Below are positions 46,381 through 61,212 of a stretch of DNA of 64,000 nucleotides, in pieces; the stretch's first letter is position 1, and the number at the start of each line of letters is the position of its first letter. This stretch comes from Paraspadella gotoi. Taxonomy: Eukaryota > Animalia > Chaetognatha. The notes beneath the pieces are model-generated. The model worked only from the letters and a program-made list of their open reading frames with translations, was not told where the DNA came from and searched no databases. The stretch spans positions 4,467,056-4,531,055 of the forward strand of contig CM119265.1 of the NCBI GenBank assembly GCA_051294375.1. Reading direction: 5' to 3'. The translations under genes and the position numbers were made by a program.

Positions 46381-48440
46381 TATTTCTTAGTTTCTAGTTC
46401 AAGGTGGATTCAAAATACTCATACAAATTACTAAATATATATGAAATTAGGATTTTATAGTTATTTTAGGGATTTTTATCTACAAGAAAATTTAGGGACA
46501 GTGAGATTACTAATTTTAATCATTGACAGACTAAATTATTAGTTTAAAAAAAAATAAATAAACTGAACAACAGAAGAAAAATCGCTAAATCTGCGAAACG
46601 TTTTTTCAGAAATGACTTTTTCAAGGTGAAGTCATTTTAGCGTCGGTCGATGAAGATTCTCACGCTCCATCGCTCAAAGGCTGAATAGGCTACGCGGCAA
46701 ACTTATAGAAAAATTTAATCTTTAGACATTCGATTTTAGTTAACAATTTCGTTTATCATACTAAGGGAAATCAAATGCGAGGCCATAAAACATTCAGTTC
46801 ATTTCTTAATTTACTTCACAAAGTAAAATATAAGGACCATTCATTAAATGATTACAAAACAAATTACAAATTATTACAAAAGATAATTAACTTTAAATCG
46901 TGAGTGTTAGCCTCTACGTTTTCTCTCTTTAACGATAAAGATGATTTAAGGCCGGATGAGCGGAATCTAGAGGTGAGAGCTTCACTTCCTCTTTTTCCTT
47001 CTCTTCCTACTCCCTCCTCCCCCCTCCCCTTCCTCCTCCTCCTCCTCCTCCTCCTCCATTGCCTTCCCCGTCACGCGCCTCGCCTTCTCCCCACCGGGAC
47101 GAGAAGAATCCAATTTTCGCGTGATTCCGATCTCTCTGCCACGCCCCCTCGGCCACGCCCCCTCGGACGCCCTTTTCGACGCCTCCGTCGGACCGAGACT
47201 GCCCTGTGCCCGGTAGTCTTTTGTCCGTTTTACTCTTTGACGCATGGGCCCTTCATTCTGGTTCGCCAATCTCGTCACGTTTTCCTTTTTCACGTTTTTT
47301 CAAATAACTTTGGTCTGGTTACAATTTATGTCTTAAATCCTGAGACGCGAGGGCGAAGTAGAAAAAGGTGAGACGAAGGTTAAGTGAAAAGTCGTAGATT
47401 ATCTCACTTTCACCTTTTTTCGATTTTTTTCTTTCGACTAATAAAATGAAAAAAATAAAATAAAAACAACTGTCTAAACTGTAAGGTAGAAACAGCTCAG
47501 CGAAACTGTAAATCTGAATGATTAAGAAGACGATTTACTACCCTACTTATTCATGTAGTAATCAGAAACTCTTTTTAGAAATAGTAGCTTGTGAAACGAG
47601 CCTAAAGCTATCAATTATATTTTCAATTCAATTCAATTGTCTATCATCTCTAAAGATAAAAATAAACAGATAGTTTTTTGAAAGTTTATGAAAATTTCAC
47701 TCAGCCTTTCTCAATAAGTGTAAATTCATTCTGAGACAAAGTCTTTTGACGGTTTTACTTTTTTATTTAATACTCCCCAGCCACCATCATCACAAAGCTA
47801 TCGAAAGTTAACACTAATTAGTTATTTATTTTTGCTCCCCTTTGCTGTTTTTATGTTACATTGAGAAGAAATTATTTTTTTCACGACCCCTTAGTAAATC
47901 TCGTCTCTTAGTGACTTAGTCACTCTTCGCCTTTATTACCGTCTCTAAAGTTTGTACTTTGTAGGAAGAATTTGAATCTGCCTCCTCACGCGCTGATGCC
48001 AGGCCTTTGTTTGAACTTATTTCTTTCGTGTCGAGTTAATCTAAATCTAAGTTAAAGTAGAGTTAAAGAGGAGCATCATTGAAGGAAATACGCAATATTA
48101 AATAATATGTAAAAAAACAATAAGTGAAATCAATAATATTAGTAGAAATGTTATTTAGCGACTGTAGTATTCTGTTTTCTCTTTCCCGCTTTCCTATATT
48201 CTCTTCACTGCATGTACAGTTGCACACTTCCCTGCACGCGACTAATGTACTTAGCCTCTTGCATTTTAAGCTTTTTAAGACCAAAAATATGGCATAATTC
48301 AACTAACTTAAAACCCCCCGCCACCAACGTTGGGTCACCCCCGCCGTGGTTCCCCGTTCTCCGCCTGCAACGCTCGCCCGCAGTCAAGGACGAAGGATTT
48401 CCTCCTCATTTTAGCTCCATTTCCTTTTCTATGTCTCGCA

Positions 48441-48477
<37 letters not shown>

Positions 48478-48614
48478 GCTAGCTCTTCTTTTGTCTTCCA
48501 TTGCTTTTTTCTTCTAATTTGCATTTCCCTTCGAGGTTTCCTCTCTCTTCATATCCATTTTTCTCCGTTCATTCTGTCCGGTCCCGTTCGCTCTCTACCG
48601 TCTCTCCATCTCCT

Positions 48615-48682
<68 letters not shown>

Positions 48683-49025
48683 AGTGTTTGTTCCATTTTT
48701 CTTGCTTTTTCCATTCTTTTTTGTTGTGTTTTCACCTCGTCGTCCTCTTAGGCGTTCTCGTGTTTTTTTCTTTTGTGCGCCAGAACATATTAGATCTTCT
48801 TTCATCCCAAAGTGGTTTTATTTCGCATTTTCTATTTCTCTCTCTCTCGCTCTCTTTTTTTCTCTCTAATTCCCTTTATTTCCTTTTTATTTTTTTTTCT
48901 TTCTTTTCTTCTCCCCCGCTTTTTCCTCTTTCACTTTTTATCTTTCCCCTCCCTCGCCGGGCACTGCCGTCTTTCAGCTGGTTGCCTTTCCAATTAGTCT
49001 CGCCCAATATTTTTTCACAATAGAC

Positions 49026-49102
<77 letters not shown>

Positions 49103-49602
49103 GTTTTTACGATTCTTCTTATTTGCCCTTCGATGCCGCGTCGACGCAGACGAAAACAGTTTCGAGGCGAAATGTCCGTCTTGATGAATGTTGACGGCGA
49201 CGATGACGACGATTACGACGATGACGACGATTACGACGATGAAGACGGAAAGACGACAACGATCTCGATGACAAGACTACAACAACTTCAGGATGTCATA
49301 GATGTTTTGATAGATCTTAGAATTGGAGGAAATGGTTGCCGACGTTGCCGTCCCAGGTTTTTGGATACGCGAAAAGAAAATTTAGAAACCTTTCTGAAAT
49401 TTCTATTCGATGTTTTATCCTGATTTACGACATCGATCTAGCTTGACACCTCTAATGAGATGACCACCAGAGGGCGATCGTTACATACCTTAACAACAAC
49501 AACGACAAAGCAATCGTCAAAGATTTCTCTCGACATCATTCTCTCTCTTTATCCCTCAGCGCATAATTTTCCCATCGAGGTTTTTTTCTGTCCTGATCGT
49601 GG

Positions 49603-49730
<128 letters not shown>

Positions 49731-50049
49731 CCAACGTCTCCCGCAGAGTTATTTTTCGCAGAGAGATTTTTTCTCTATGCAAACTCGATCGAATCTCCGC
49801 CTTCCCTTGACGTCCTCTCGATCGTGCATTATTCAATCGTCTTTTCTTACCTCAAATCCGCTATCACTCCCTGTTGCGCTATTTCCATCGCTCCCTATTG
49901 GCTCATTCCTATCACCGAGAAGATAACTCTACCACCTGCTTTGAATATCTCCGCCTCTCCCCTCTCAGCAATTTCCTTCTTCCTCTTTTTAGCCTTTCCA
50001 TTGTTTTCCCCGGCTTTCGTCGAGAGTCGGCAAACCGGAAGTGGGTCGA

Positions 50050-50090
<41 letters not shown>

Positions 50091-51667
50091 CCTCTACCAT
50101 GACCGCTGCGCCGCCGAGGTTATTTGGTCTAGTTTTGACTCGACGCCCGTCGAATATGCCTACGCGGTCAATGTTTTACTCTGGCGTCGGCGGCGCCGTC
50201 GGCGGGAAAGAGAAGAAGACTGCGTTTCCTGCGGCGTCGCCGGCGGCAGCGGCGTCGGTGCCGACCGTGCGGCGACGCGGGCCAAGGAGGTCCGGGCACG
50301 AAATCGTTAACGCCCGGCGGCCATGGCGGCCACAAACATCCCCCTGCCGTCGGCGATGGGAACAGGGGACGCGGTCTCTCTCAGTCAAAGATCGAGTCTT
50401 TCACTCCTCCCGACTCCATCATTTTCTCTCTCGGTTATGGACGCAAAAAAAAAAAAACCCTTTGGTTGATGCTAGGGTTACTGATGGAGGTTTGTTTCAA
50501 TGGCGCTTCCGTAATGTTCCTCTATCATAGTTTTGAAAAATAGTACTATTAAATAATTTAAATGTAACCCTCTTTTTCTTGGCGACCAAATATTTGATAA
50601 TTTTTTTGATGAAGCTTTCGCAACATCGTGCATCATCACACCTTGAAATATGAATGACTCTACTCCAGCAATGACCTCGCAACTGCGACCCTACCTCATA
50701 CGTCCGGCCTGGAGTCAACAAAGCAAGAGTCTTGCATTATGGACGCTCGACCTTTTGATGCGAGTCGATCGTGAATTCGATGGGATTTCGCTCTCGTAAC
50801 GATGCGAGAAACGAAAATGGGGTGGAGAAGGGGGGGGGACTGTTTTGTTTAGGATTGGAGGTGGATTTGTGGGTGGGAAATGTGCCAGAGTAATGTTTAG
50901 TAGATGGTTAACAAATGTACATTGTGGGACATCTCTAAGTAAAGTACTTTTTTTTACATTTAATGCATTTTCTATTACATGTTTTACAGATGCATATTTA
51001 TTATTTAAGAATGTTGTTTCTGATTCTTCTTGCGATGACGTCGCCGAGTTCCCAATTTCGCGAGACGGTGGAGTAGGGTAGAGTAGGGTGAGGCGAATAT
51101 GGGAAGCGGCGGCAAAGTTGAGTTGAGTAAAGGTCGCGCATAAACCGGACGAGGGTAAGGGCGCGCCCGGGAATCGATCCCGCGAGACGAGGGTCGATGG
51201 CGGCGGCGTTTCGAGGCGAATGGATTAGCGAGACGCGAGGGCCACGGGGAATCGTTCTTCTAGTCGGATTTTTTTTTCTTTTATGCTCGATCCGGTCCGG
51301 AATAGTTTCTGTTAATGAAAGGCTGAAGGGAAGGGTAATTTTATCTCTTCTAACTTTATGCTCATGCTTTTAAAAATTAATTCGATCGTCAGATAAAGTT
51401 AACGAGTATATGAGAAAACAAGAACAGAACGAAAAAAACAAAAAAACAAAGCAAAGCAAAACAAAAATTAAACAGAACAAAACAAAACAAAAATAAAACC
51501 AAGAAACAATCCTGAAACTCATGAACGAAACATGACGCCGAAGTAAGGTCGTTCATGATTTTGGCCATAACGTCGTCTGGGAGTTGAAAGTCAAAAGGCG
51601 AAGGAAAAAGTGTGAGTTGCCCTACTTTTGGGTTTTCTCACCTGAGAGACATTCGCTCTCTCTCTCT

Positions 51668-52434
51668 NNNNNNNNNNNNNNNNNNNNNNNNNNNNNNNNN
51701 NNNNNNNNNNNNNNNNNNNNNNNNNNNNNNNNNNNNNNNNNNNNNNNNNNNNNNNNNNNNNNNNNNNNNNNNNNNNNNNNNNNNNNNNNNNNNNNNNNNN
51801 NNNNNNNNNNNNNNNNNNNNNNNNNNNNNNNNNNNNNNNNNNNNNNNNNNNNNNNNNNNNNNNNNNNNNNNNNNNAATATCGCGAGCCAACCGCAATTTT
51901 CCCATCCTCGCTTTCCTCCCTGCGGAATTGTTTGTAAACAAAAAGGAATCGCCTTCTTGCGACGGAAGCCGAAAACGCCATCTTCGCCAGGCGAGAGCGC
52001 GCTACGCCAGCCATTTATCGCTTCAGCTCTCGCTTTTTTCTTTTTACCTCTCTNNNNNNNNNNTACACTTTGTGAACCTTTATTTCGTTTTCTCTTTTGT
52101 TTCTCTACTTTATTAACATTAAGTTGTTTCTTTTGTCCCACGGCCCNNNNNNNNNNNNNNNNNNNNNNNNNNNNNNNNNNNNNNNNNNNNNNNNNNNNNN
52201 NNNNNNNNNNNNNNNNNNNNNNNNNNNNNNNNNNNNNNNNNNNNNNNNNNNNNNNNNNNNNNNNNNNNNNNNNNNNNNNNNNNNNNNNNNNNNNNNNNNN
52301 NNNNNNNNNNNNNNNNNNNNNNNNNNNNNNNNNNNNNNNNNNNNNNNNNNNNNNNNNNNNNNNNNNNNNNNNNNNNNNNNNNNNNNNNNNNNNNNNNNNN
52401 NNNNNNNNNNNNNNNNNNNNNNNNNNNNNNNNNN
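51668..52434. other. Cluster of assembly gaps (N runs)
   Basis: Runs of n at 51668-51875, 52054-52062 and 52147-52434. Other gaps at 28-52, 10288-10312, 28715-28724, 38970-38983, 53441-53465 and 57922-57946. Confidence 0.98.
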
Positions 52435-54979
52435 GCGGGGCGGTAGAAGTGAAAATCCTGGGTTTTATTTGTTTTCAAGGTTTCGTCTTAATCGTCTCCT
52501 TGGCGACGGCGGATGCGGTTAGCGACCCGCGATAAAATCCGATGGAGAGACGAATGGTTCATCTCACCTTTAAAGTTTAATTCTTATTTTGTGGAGAGGA
52601 GGAGGAGGAGGAGGAAGAGGAGGAGCAGGAAGCGGATCGGGAGGAAGGGAAGTAGAAAGAAGTGGAAAAAGAGCACCTCGGGAAAAGGAATTATTCGAAG
52701 TTTAAAGGGAAATGACGCCGATGGGTTCGAGTGAAGGATAGTCTGGCTTTTCAGTCAGGGTTTCGCATCGTAATCGTTATAATCATTATGACAACGGCGA
52801 CGATTATGCCACTGAGTTTTCATCAATTTTCGGTAATTCATATTCATTATTCATAAAAGCGTAAGTTATAATTATTTTTAAAAAATCAATATAAAAAGAA
52901 GTTGAAACAACGCGGAAAACGATTCCTCCCACAATTTTTACCCAAGATTGAAAAATAACGTTTTTGCTCCGTTGTCATTTATCGAGTTCATTAGCATTCT
53001 TTATTATCCAGCCAACGGAGCGTTTTTGCCATAAAATTGCCATAAGAGACGCAGTAAACGGCACGAAATGTTTTTTTTCTTCCTTCGCACCCTTTGCTCA
53101 GCTGCGCCAGACCTGCGGAAGTCCCTCCACCTCGGTTCTACTCAACACCTTGGCTTAATTCAACTCCTTCGCTCGACTCCTTCGCTTCTGTATTCCCAGT
53201 CACTTTCGCTCCTTTATATTCACGCACTTAAGTCTCTCGCTGAAGATCTTTTAACATTCGCCTTTCCCCTCGCTTCCTTCATTCTCATCTTCTAATCTTA
53301 CCTTTACTTCCCTTTTTTCCTTACCCGCGCTCTTTTACCCTACCCCCCCTTCCCAACTTCGAACAGATCGCAATTGTTCCCTTGTTTCGAAAACAGTTAT
53401 GTTATTATGTTTCCCCGATCAGTAATATAGTGCTTTTTTTNNNNNNNNNNNNNNNNNNNNNNNNNGTCGCGTCGTACGAGGTTCCTTCTGATATACAATC
53501 TTATGCATTTGCACCGCTTTCGAGTGTGTCTTACGCAGACCTCTTCATATCCATTCTCCGATATCGTTTTATTCAACTTCCGTTGTCGCTACCGTGAAAA
53601 CGTTTCCCATAGAAACTGGTGCCACCTGGGACTAACCTCCTCGTCGGTGGCGACGAGACGAGACGAGGAACGTCAGCGCGATTTTAGTTTAAAATAATTT
53701 CCAAATCGACGGTAAAAGGCGCCCTAAAAAACGGGAATAATTTGTAATGGGTTTTTTAAAAAAAAAAACAACATTTTTTTCCTGATTCATAGGAATAGAC
53801 CTTGTTCATAAATAGTGGTTACAAGCAATATAAGCTTTTTAAATATTGGACCTTAATAAACATATCCCTGGTCCCGAAACGAGGAGTTTGTCACAAAGAT
53901 GAAGGAAAATCAAAAGGCCCAACGAAAGCCTATGAAGATATTCCTCTGATTTTCATTTTTTCCTGTTTTAACAGACGCGAGAAGGATTGAGAAAAGTGGG
54001 ACTATAGGACGCACGAAATACTACATCCCAGGCTGAAATATCGGTCCTCTTCCGTGGGTTCAAACGGAGACTCGGGTCCGTGCCTCCTCCGAAAAAATCC
54101 CATTGCAAATCATTGCGGTCGCGAGGACATACCGCAGTGACGCAGCCAGGTTCCCAGAGTTATTCGTATCACCTTCGTCGCATCACAAATACTCCATATC
54201 AAACTCGCTTCCGCGCGCTCATAACTGGTACTGCTGATCTCAGGTGTTGTAGTGTTTCATCTTCTATGCCTTGGCTGATTCTTCATACTTCTCTCTCTCT
54301 CCTTGTTGTGTTTCCTCGTCGTCCTCTTAGGCGTTCCTCCCTGTGTTCGTTTTTTTTCTTTTATAGACGCGTCTTCAGAACCGAGGTATGGAGAGTAGTG
54401 CTTTGTGTGTTCGATAGATAGCGATCACAGTATAGTTGGGTTTTTATTCGTTCTTCGAGGCATTTCTCGAGAATTCTCCTCCGACTACTCGTCCTGCAGG
54501 GTCTCGTATGGATCTGAACTGATTATCTATTTTTTCTATACTATTATTTCACACTTATATTTTTATAATTTATCACGGTTTAGTTTGATATTAATATTAA
54601 TATATATCACAGTTATATTTCGGTCTCTACCCCTGGCTGCTATCTTTATTCGCCGCCGTGTATACAACGTTTTGTAATCTTCTTTTCAAGCTCTAGTGTT
54701 ATTAGACAAATCTTTTCGCCTTCAGACGAGAGACGAGAGAGAGAGAGAGTAGAAGACGAGACGAGGAGACTGAGGGCCCGAGAGGAGTAGAGAGAGTCTA
54801 TGATGACAGGGAGAAAGAGCCATGGAGGTATGCCCGTATTTTCCATTGAAGATGATAGAGATGCAGAGCAGCAGAGACGCATGTATATTCTATCTTCATG
54901 CTGTTTCGTTGTTATGATATGCATACTACAACCATCAAGATCGCCATCATAGATCTATGTACTCGCATTCAAATCCAGC

Positions 54980-55219
54980 TGTCACGAATGATCTCGAAGT
55001 CTCTCGCTCTATCCCCTCGACAGGGATCAGAAATGAACACGTTGGTCATAACCACACCCGCCATCGGCTGCCCCTTCCCCTCCCTTCGGTTCTCATCAAT
55101 CGGCTCTGGGCGCTTTCACACTTAGACGATGCATCGCCGGGGCGTCTGGCAAAGCGTAATAAAGACGAAAAAGGATTGTGATTCCATTTCAGGGTAAGGC
55201 CTCTCTAATTTTTCGGAAG

Positions 55220-55285
<66 letters not shown>

Positions 55286-55288
55286 GGT

Positions 55289-55321
<33 letters not shown>

Positions 55322-56596
55322 AGGAAGGGAGAGAAAGAGAAAGGAGAGAGAGAAGAGAAGGAAGAGAGAGAAGAGAGAGAGAGGCAGAGTGCGCCTTCGG
55401 CGAGTTTGGAGCTCTGCGCGCTTTTACGACTCTTCCGGGAGAACCGAAGGCAGAAAATAGAAAAGCGACGTAGGAAAAAAAAGAAAGAGAAAAAAAAAAG
55501 AAAAATAAGAAAAAAATCGAGACTGCGTAATAAAAGAAAGAACAGAAGCGAAATAGATTGAGCCTAACGTGTTTATATTTGAAGGGGAGAGGAGAGGGAG
55601 GGAGAAATAGAAAATGAAGGAAATAAGGAAGGAAAGAAGGAAAAAAACACAAAATATTTTCGCTGATAAATAGAAACTGAAAAACAAACCGGTGCAATGA
55701 TCGCCAAATTCTCTCCTCTCTTCTCTCATCTTTCTGCTCTCTCTCTCTGCCCTCTCTCTCTCTCAATCTCTCATCGTCTCTCTCTCTCTCCTCATCTCTC
55801 TCTCTCATCTCTCCTGCTCTCTCTCCCTTCTCTCTCCTAAGTTGACCCCTTTTTCAATCAGCGATAAGATTGCGTCTCTTTCTCCGGAGGTTTACAAGAT
55901 GGAAATTGACCCTACGGCATAACGATAATCGCCAAGTAACTTTATTCTCGTCGAGAACGGCATGGCTTGCTTTCTTTTCTTTCCTTCTTTCTTTTTTCTC
56001 CCTTTTTATTTCTTTATTTTAAAAACTAAATAAAATCTTCGGCAGTTTGAACCGAAAAAAAAAGAAAAAAGAAAAAAAGAAAGATCCCGTCGTCAGGTGC
56101 GAAAGACGTTTGACGATAAAAAAAGAGATAAAAAAGGGCGAAATTAACGAGACTTTTCGGGAATGAAATAACAATTCACGGTCGGGCCGCGCGAGAGATT
56201 TTTTTTCGGCAAGCTTGAGTGATTGACAACTTTTACCAGTTTGTACATATGAAACCCACTATCATAAAGCGTTATAAAAAAAAAAATTATAATAAAAATC
56301 CAGTGAATTGAATATAGAAAGAAAGTCGGGAAAAAATGTAGGAGAAATATATATAATGAAATCATGGGGAAAACCGTCAATTAACCATTAACCATTAACT
56401 TTTTAATTTATTCATACCTTACCGTTAATATAATATAATGTAATATAATGTAATCATCATCATACGACCTCGGACATTCGCCGATGAACGAAACCCAAAC
56501 TTCCTTCTTCAACCACAACACATTCCTCCCGCAACTTTAAAAAAAAAAAAATCAGCTTAGGAGAGGAGAAGTCGGAGAGATGAGGGAGAGATGAGA

Positions 56597-56681
<85 letters not shown>

Positions 56682-57039
56682 ATTTGGCGATCATTGCACC
56701 GAGCTTTTCTGTTTTTCAGTTTCTATTTATCAGGAAAATATTTGTGTTTTTTCCTTCTTCCTTCTTATTTCCTTCTTTCTATTTTTCTTCCCTCCGCTCT
56801 CCCTCTCCCCTTCAAATATAAACAACGTTAGGCTCAATCTATTTTTCGGCTTCTGTTCTTCTTTTATTTAGCGCAGTCTCGATTTTTTTTCTTATTTTTC
56901 TTTTTTTTTTCTTTTCTTTTTTTTCTCCTGTGACGTCGACTTTCTATTTTCTGCCTTCTGTGTTCTCCCCGAAGAGTCGTAAAAGCTGCGCGAGCTCCAA
57001 ATCTCGGAAGGCGCACTCTCTCTCTCTCTCTCTGCTCTC

Positions 57040-57083
<44 letters not shown>

Positions 57084-57169
57084 GTCTCTTCCTCTCTCTC
57101 TCTCTCTCTCTCTCTCCTCTCCTCTCTCTTCTCTCTCTATCCTTCTCTCTCTCTCTCTCCTCTCTCTCT

Positions 57170-57209
<40 letters not shown>

Positions 57210-57450
57210 ACTCTCCCCTTTCCGAAAAATTAGAGAGGCCTTACCCCCTGAAATGGAAGTCACAATCCTTTTCGTCTTTATTACGCTTTGCCAGACGCCC
57301 CGGCGAGCGATCGTTCTAAGTGTGAAAGCGCCAGAGCCGAGAATGAAACTGAAGGGGGAAGGGGCAGCCGATGGCGGGTGTTTATGACCAACGTGTTCAT
57401 TTCTGATCCCGGAGGGGGAGCCTCGAGATATTTCGTGGCTTTTATGCTGC
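54980..57450. repeat. Noisy inverted duplication (~54980-55845 vs ~56550-57450)
   Basis: gggatcagaaatgaacacgttggtcata at ~55023 versus tatgaccaacgtgttcatttctgatccc at ~57383; many indels between copies. Confidence 0.85.
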
Positions 57451-57564
57451 ATCATTTTAGTCGTTGGAGTTGTAGGTATCGTAACAGCATGCGGATTCGA
57501 CCCGTCTCTCTCTCTCTCTCTTCTCTCTCTCTGTTTCTGTCTCTCTCTCTCTCTCCTCTCCGTT

Positions 57565-57616
<52 letters not shown>

Positions 57617-60600
57617 GTCATGAACGAAAATTTGTTCTAATAAACTAACTGAAGGTTCCTTTTTCCCGCCGTTTAATTAACCATAACTTGTATAATTTAT
57701 TCATACTCTTACCGTTAATATAATTATAATGTGAATATAAATGTAATCATCAATTCATACGACTCGGACATTCGCCGGAATGAACGGAAAACCCGAAACT
57801 TGTCCTTTCTTCAACCACAACACATTCCTTCCCGCAACTTTAAAAAAAAAAAAAGCGAAGGGCGGAGAAAAAAAGTCCTTGGAAAAACGTACATTCGCGT
57901 ACATTTTGCCGCGAGGGCCGTNNNNNNNNNNNNNNNNNNNNNNNNNTTTTTTTTTTTCACGAGGTTACGAAACTCTGGAACTCTCGTTCCGCTTTCCTCC
58001 CGCCCATTTTCATTTTTTCCCCCCGATCTCCGTTGAACCCACGAAAACCGAATTCAGCCTTGTAGTATTCGTCTCCTTAGTCCCACTTTTCTCATCCTCT
58101 CGCGCTAAAACAAAAATAAAATCAGAGATATCTCAAGGCTTTCGTTGGCTTTGGATTTTCCCTTCTCTTTTGACAACTTTTTCGACCAGGATATGACGTT
58201 CAAGTTTTTGGAGAGTGGCATTGGCAATATCTCAATCATTTTTACGAATGTAATATCCAATATTAAAACTTACTATGCTTGTAACGACTATTTATGAACA
58301 AGTCTATTCCTATGAATCAGAAAAAAATGTTGTTTTTTTTTTAAAAACCCATTTACAAATATTCCACGTTTTGGCGCCTTTTTTACCGTCGATTTTGGAA
58401 ATTGATTTAAACTAAAATTCCGTGACGTTCCTCGGTCTCGTCGTCGCCCACCGAGAAGAGGTTACGTCCCCAGGGGGCACCGTTGCTATGGAAACCGTTT
58501 TCACGTAGCGACGGAAGTTGATAAACGTCGGTCTCGTAACAAAAACTCACTGAGATTGTTATGGCCTCCGACGACGCTCCGCTATTTCGTGAGTGTGGGA
58601 GAGAGAGGCCTGGAAGAGAGGAGAGAGAAAAGATAATAATCGGAGAGAGGGAGATTGACGATTAGATGAAACACGGAGAAGAGAGAAGAGAGAAAGAGAG
58701 AGAGAGAGAGAGAGAGGAGAGATGCAGAAGAGAGAACTAAGAGGAGAGAGATGAGAGACAGAGAGAGAGAGAGAGGAGAGCGATGAGTAGAGAGAGAGAG
58801 TGAGAGAGAGAGAGAAGAGAGAGAAAGAGAGGAGAGAAGAGAGAGAGAGATGAGAGAGAGAGATGAAAATAAAACAGTTTATTATTTTTTCTTTTCGTAT
58901 TTCCCTACGGGCGTCACGCACGATGCGTTCGTGAGAAGAGGATTGGAGCGATGGGTGAGGTTGATGGGTGAGGAAAGGAAAACGAAGTCGTTCTCTTCGT
59001 CTGCTGGATGACTCCGTCACCCACCTTTTCACCCACTCATTTCCTCTCCTCCCCCTTTTCTCACCCGCTAGTTCCTAGCCAAAAAAAACAAAAAACTCCA
59101 ACCAAACTCAAGATGGCGTCTGTGGAACTAAACGCTACTAATTGAAGGAGAAGTGGGCGTGGTGGCGCGTGAAGGACGCCGGCCGCTTTCTACGCCGCCG
59201 CCGAGCTGCTTCCTCCTCCGCTGCTGCCCCCGCCGCTTCCTCATCCGCCTCCGCCGCCGAGGAGTCTGCGTTTTGGGCTGCCGGGTCTCCAGAGGCTCGG
59301 GCGAAATGCGTGTGGACGAAGAGCGTGGGCAGAGACCGTGCGTGAAAGGGCATGTGACGACAGCGTGGGCGATCAGTGCGGACCAAGCTTGAGCCTCGTC
59401 AATGGGCGATGAGTGTGGGAAGACAGTTATTCATTTTGCCGGTTTTTAATTTCGATATATCAAGAATACAAAAAACATTAAAAAGAACTCTCTACATTTT
59501 TGAAGAACAAATTAATATATTTCTGAATACATAATACAAACATCTTAGTTCGAAAACCTCGCAAGAATCACTTAATTTCATGGGCGTAGGTAAAACCCAA
59601 AGAGGGCGAAAGGGATCGCCGTGAACGAGTTTGAAATCGCTGGGATTCTCATAACGGCGGGAGTGGCAGCTCTGTCGACGAGGAAGTGGGAGTGTCAGCT
59701 TAGGAAGAGGGGAAGGTGGCGGTCAGCCATTTTTTTTCTTTGGCGCGGAGAGACGACGTTTGGACGGATTGAAGGTGAACCGGAGGTCCCGATTTTATTG
59801 CCGGTCGAAACGAGGAAGGGGCGGACCTTAATGGATCTGCAAATCTATTATTAATGATATTATCAGCCTGCATATAAAAAAAGGGAAGAAAAGCCGAATC
59901 TCGTCCGATGGTGAAGGTAGAAGATTGGGCGATATTCTTTAGCACGATCCGACTCATTGCCTTCGAATCATTAACGAAATACAAAAATATCCAGGAACAA
60001 AGTAGCCATTCCCGAATAACAACCACTCATTGGCGTTTGGCTTTTCATCCAATTTTAAAAGATGAGCAGAGACGATCCGTCTCTTCTCTCTCTGTTCAGT
60101 GATATTGATTTTGATGTGGTCGTTAGCTGCGTCTTTAGGAAAAAAGAAAAACAAAAAAACTGCAATTGAAATTATTCAGACAATGACAATACAATACAAT
60201 TTTACGAATGAAATTTTAAAAATAAGAAGGGATTTAATTAGCGATTGAAACGTTTAACATTAAATTAAAGTTTAATAAAAAATATAAAAAATTCGATAAA
60301 AGACGAAGAACGCCGGTCGGAAACGTATGTGCGGGTCGCCAAGCAGCTGCCCACGTCCGACAAGCAGATGGCGTTGTCGAAGAAAAACCGGGCTTAGATC
60401 GAGATGCTTGCTTTTAGATTGGAAACAAGCAATAAATCGGGAATCGGCCGCCGGAAGAGAGAGACCGGCATCGTGCGAACAGATTTGTTTTCCGTATGAA
60501 GCTGGTGAGTGGTAAGAAGGAAATGGGAGGAAAGAAAGAAAAAAAAAAGTTAAAATCTAAAGAGAATGAAAAAAAAGATTAAAAAAAAAATAAATGAAAA

Positions 60601-60804
60601 AAAGAAAAGACGACAGAAAAAAAAAGTGAAGTTGTTTCAATGTAAAAAGCGAAAAAAAAATATTTATTTGACTTCAGCAAGAAAGCAATTACATACACTT
60701 CACATGCCACAACCGGATGAAGCGAGAGTAAAGAAAAGGAATGAGATACAAGAAGAAAAAGATCACAACAGTCACAAAGGAAAAAAAAGAAAAGGAATTG
60801 AGGC

Positions 60805-60841
<37 letters not shown>

Positions 60842-61127
60842 GGGGAAATATCCTCGAGGAAAAAATACTAGGCAAAAGTCAGTGAGCATCAGGAACGCTC
60901 AAATCAGGGATCTAGGGAATGAAGGAAAAAAAAAAGATAAAAGAAAACTTCAAATAATCTTAGAAGAAAAATAAAAATCCCTCGGCGGAATATAAAAAAA
61001 AAAAAAGGAAAAAGGAATCAAGGGAATCGAGGCGGAAGTGCACGCGGGGATTTTCCTGTGCGATTAATTCGCCCCTGACTGCATAAATCATTTTCAGACT
61101 AAACAAACACGGCCCGAAAAAATTTAG

Positions 61128-61212
<85 letters not shown>

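Noticed and set aside
51584-52535. Long ORFs spanning X residues
   Set aside because: Artefacts of N gaps.
59138-59392. Ala/Glu-rich ORF with RRRRRKR (minus) and overlapping plus ORFs
   Set aside because: No ATG or convincing splice sites, low complexity and no recognisable homology.
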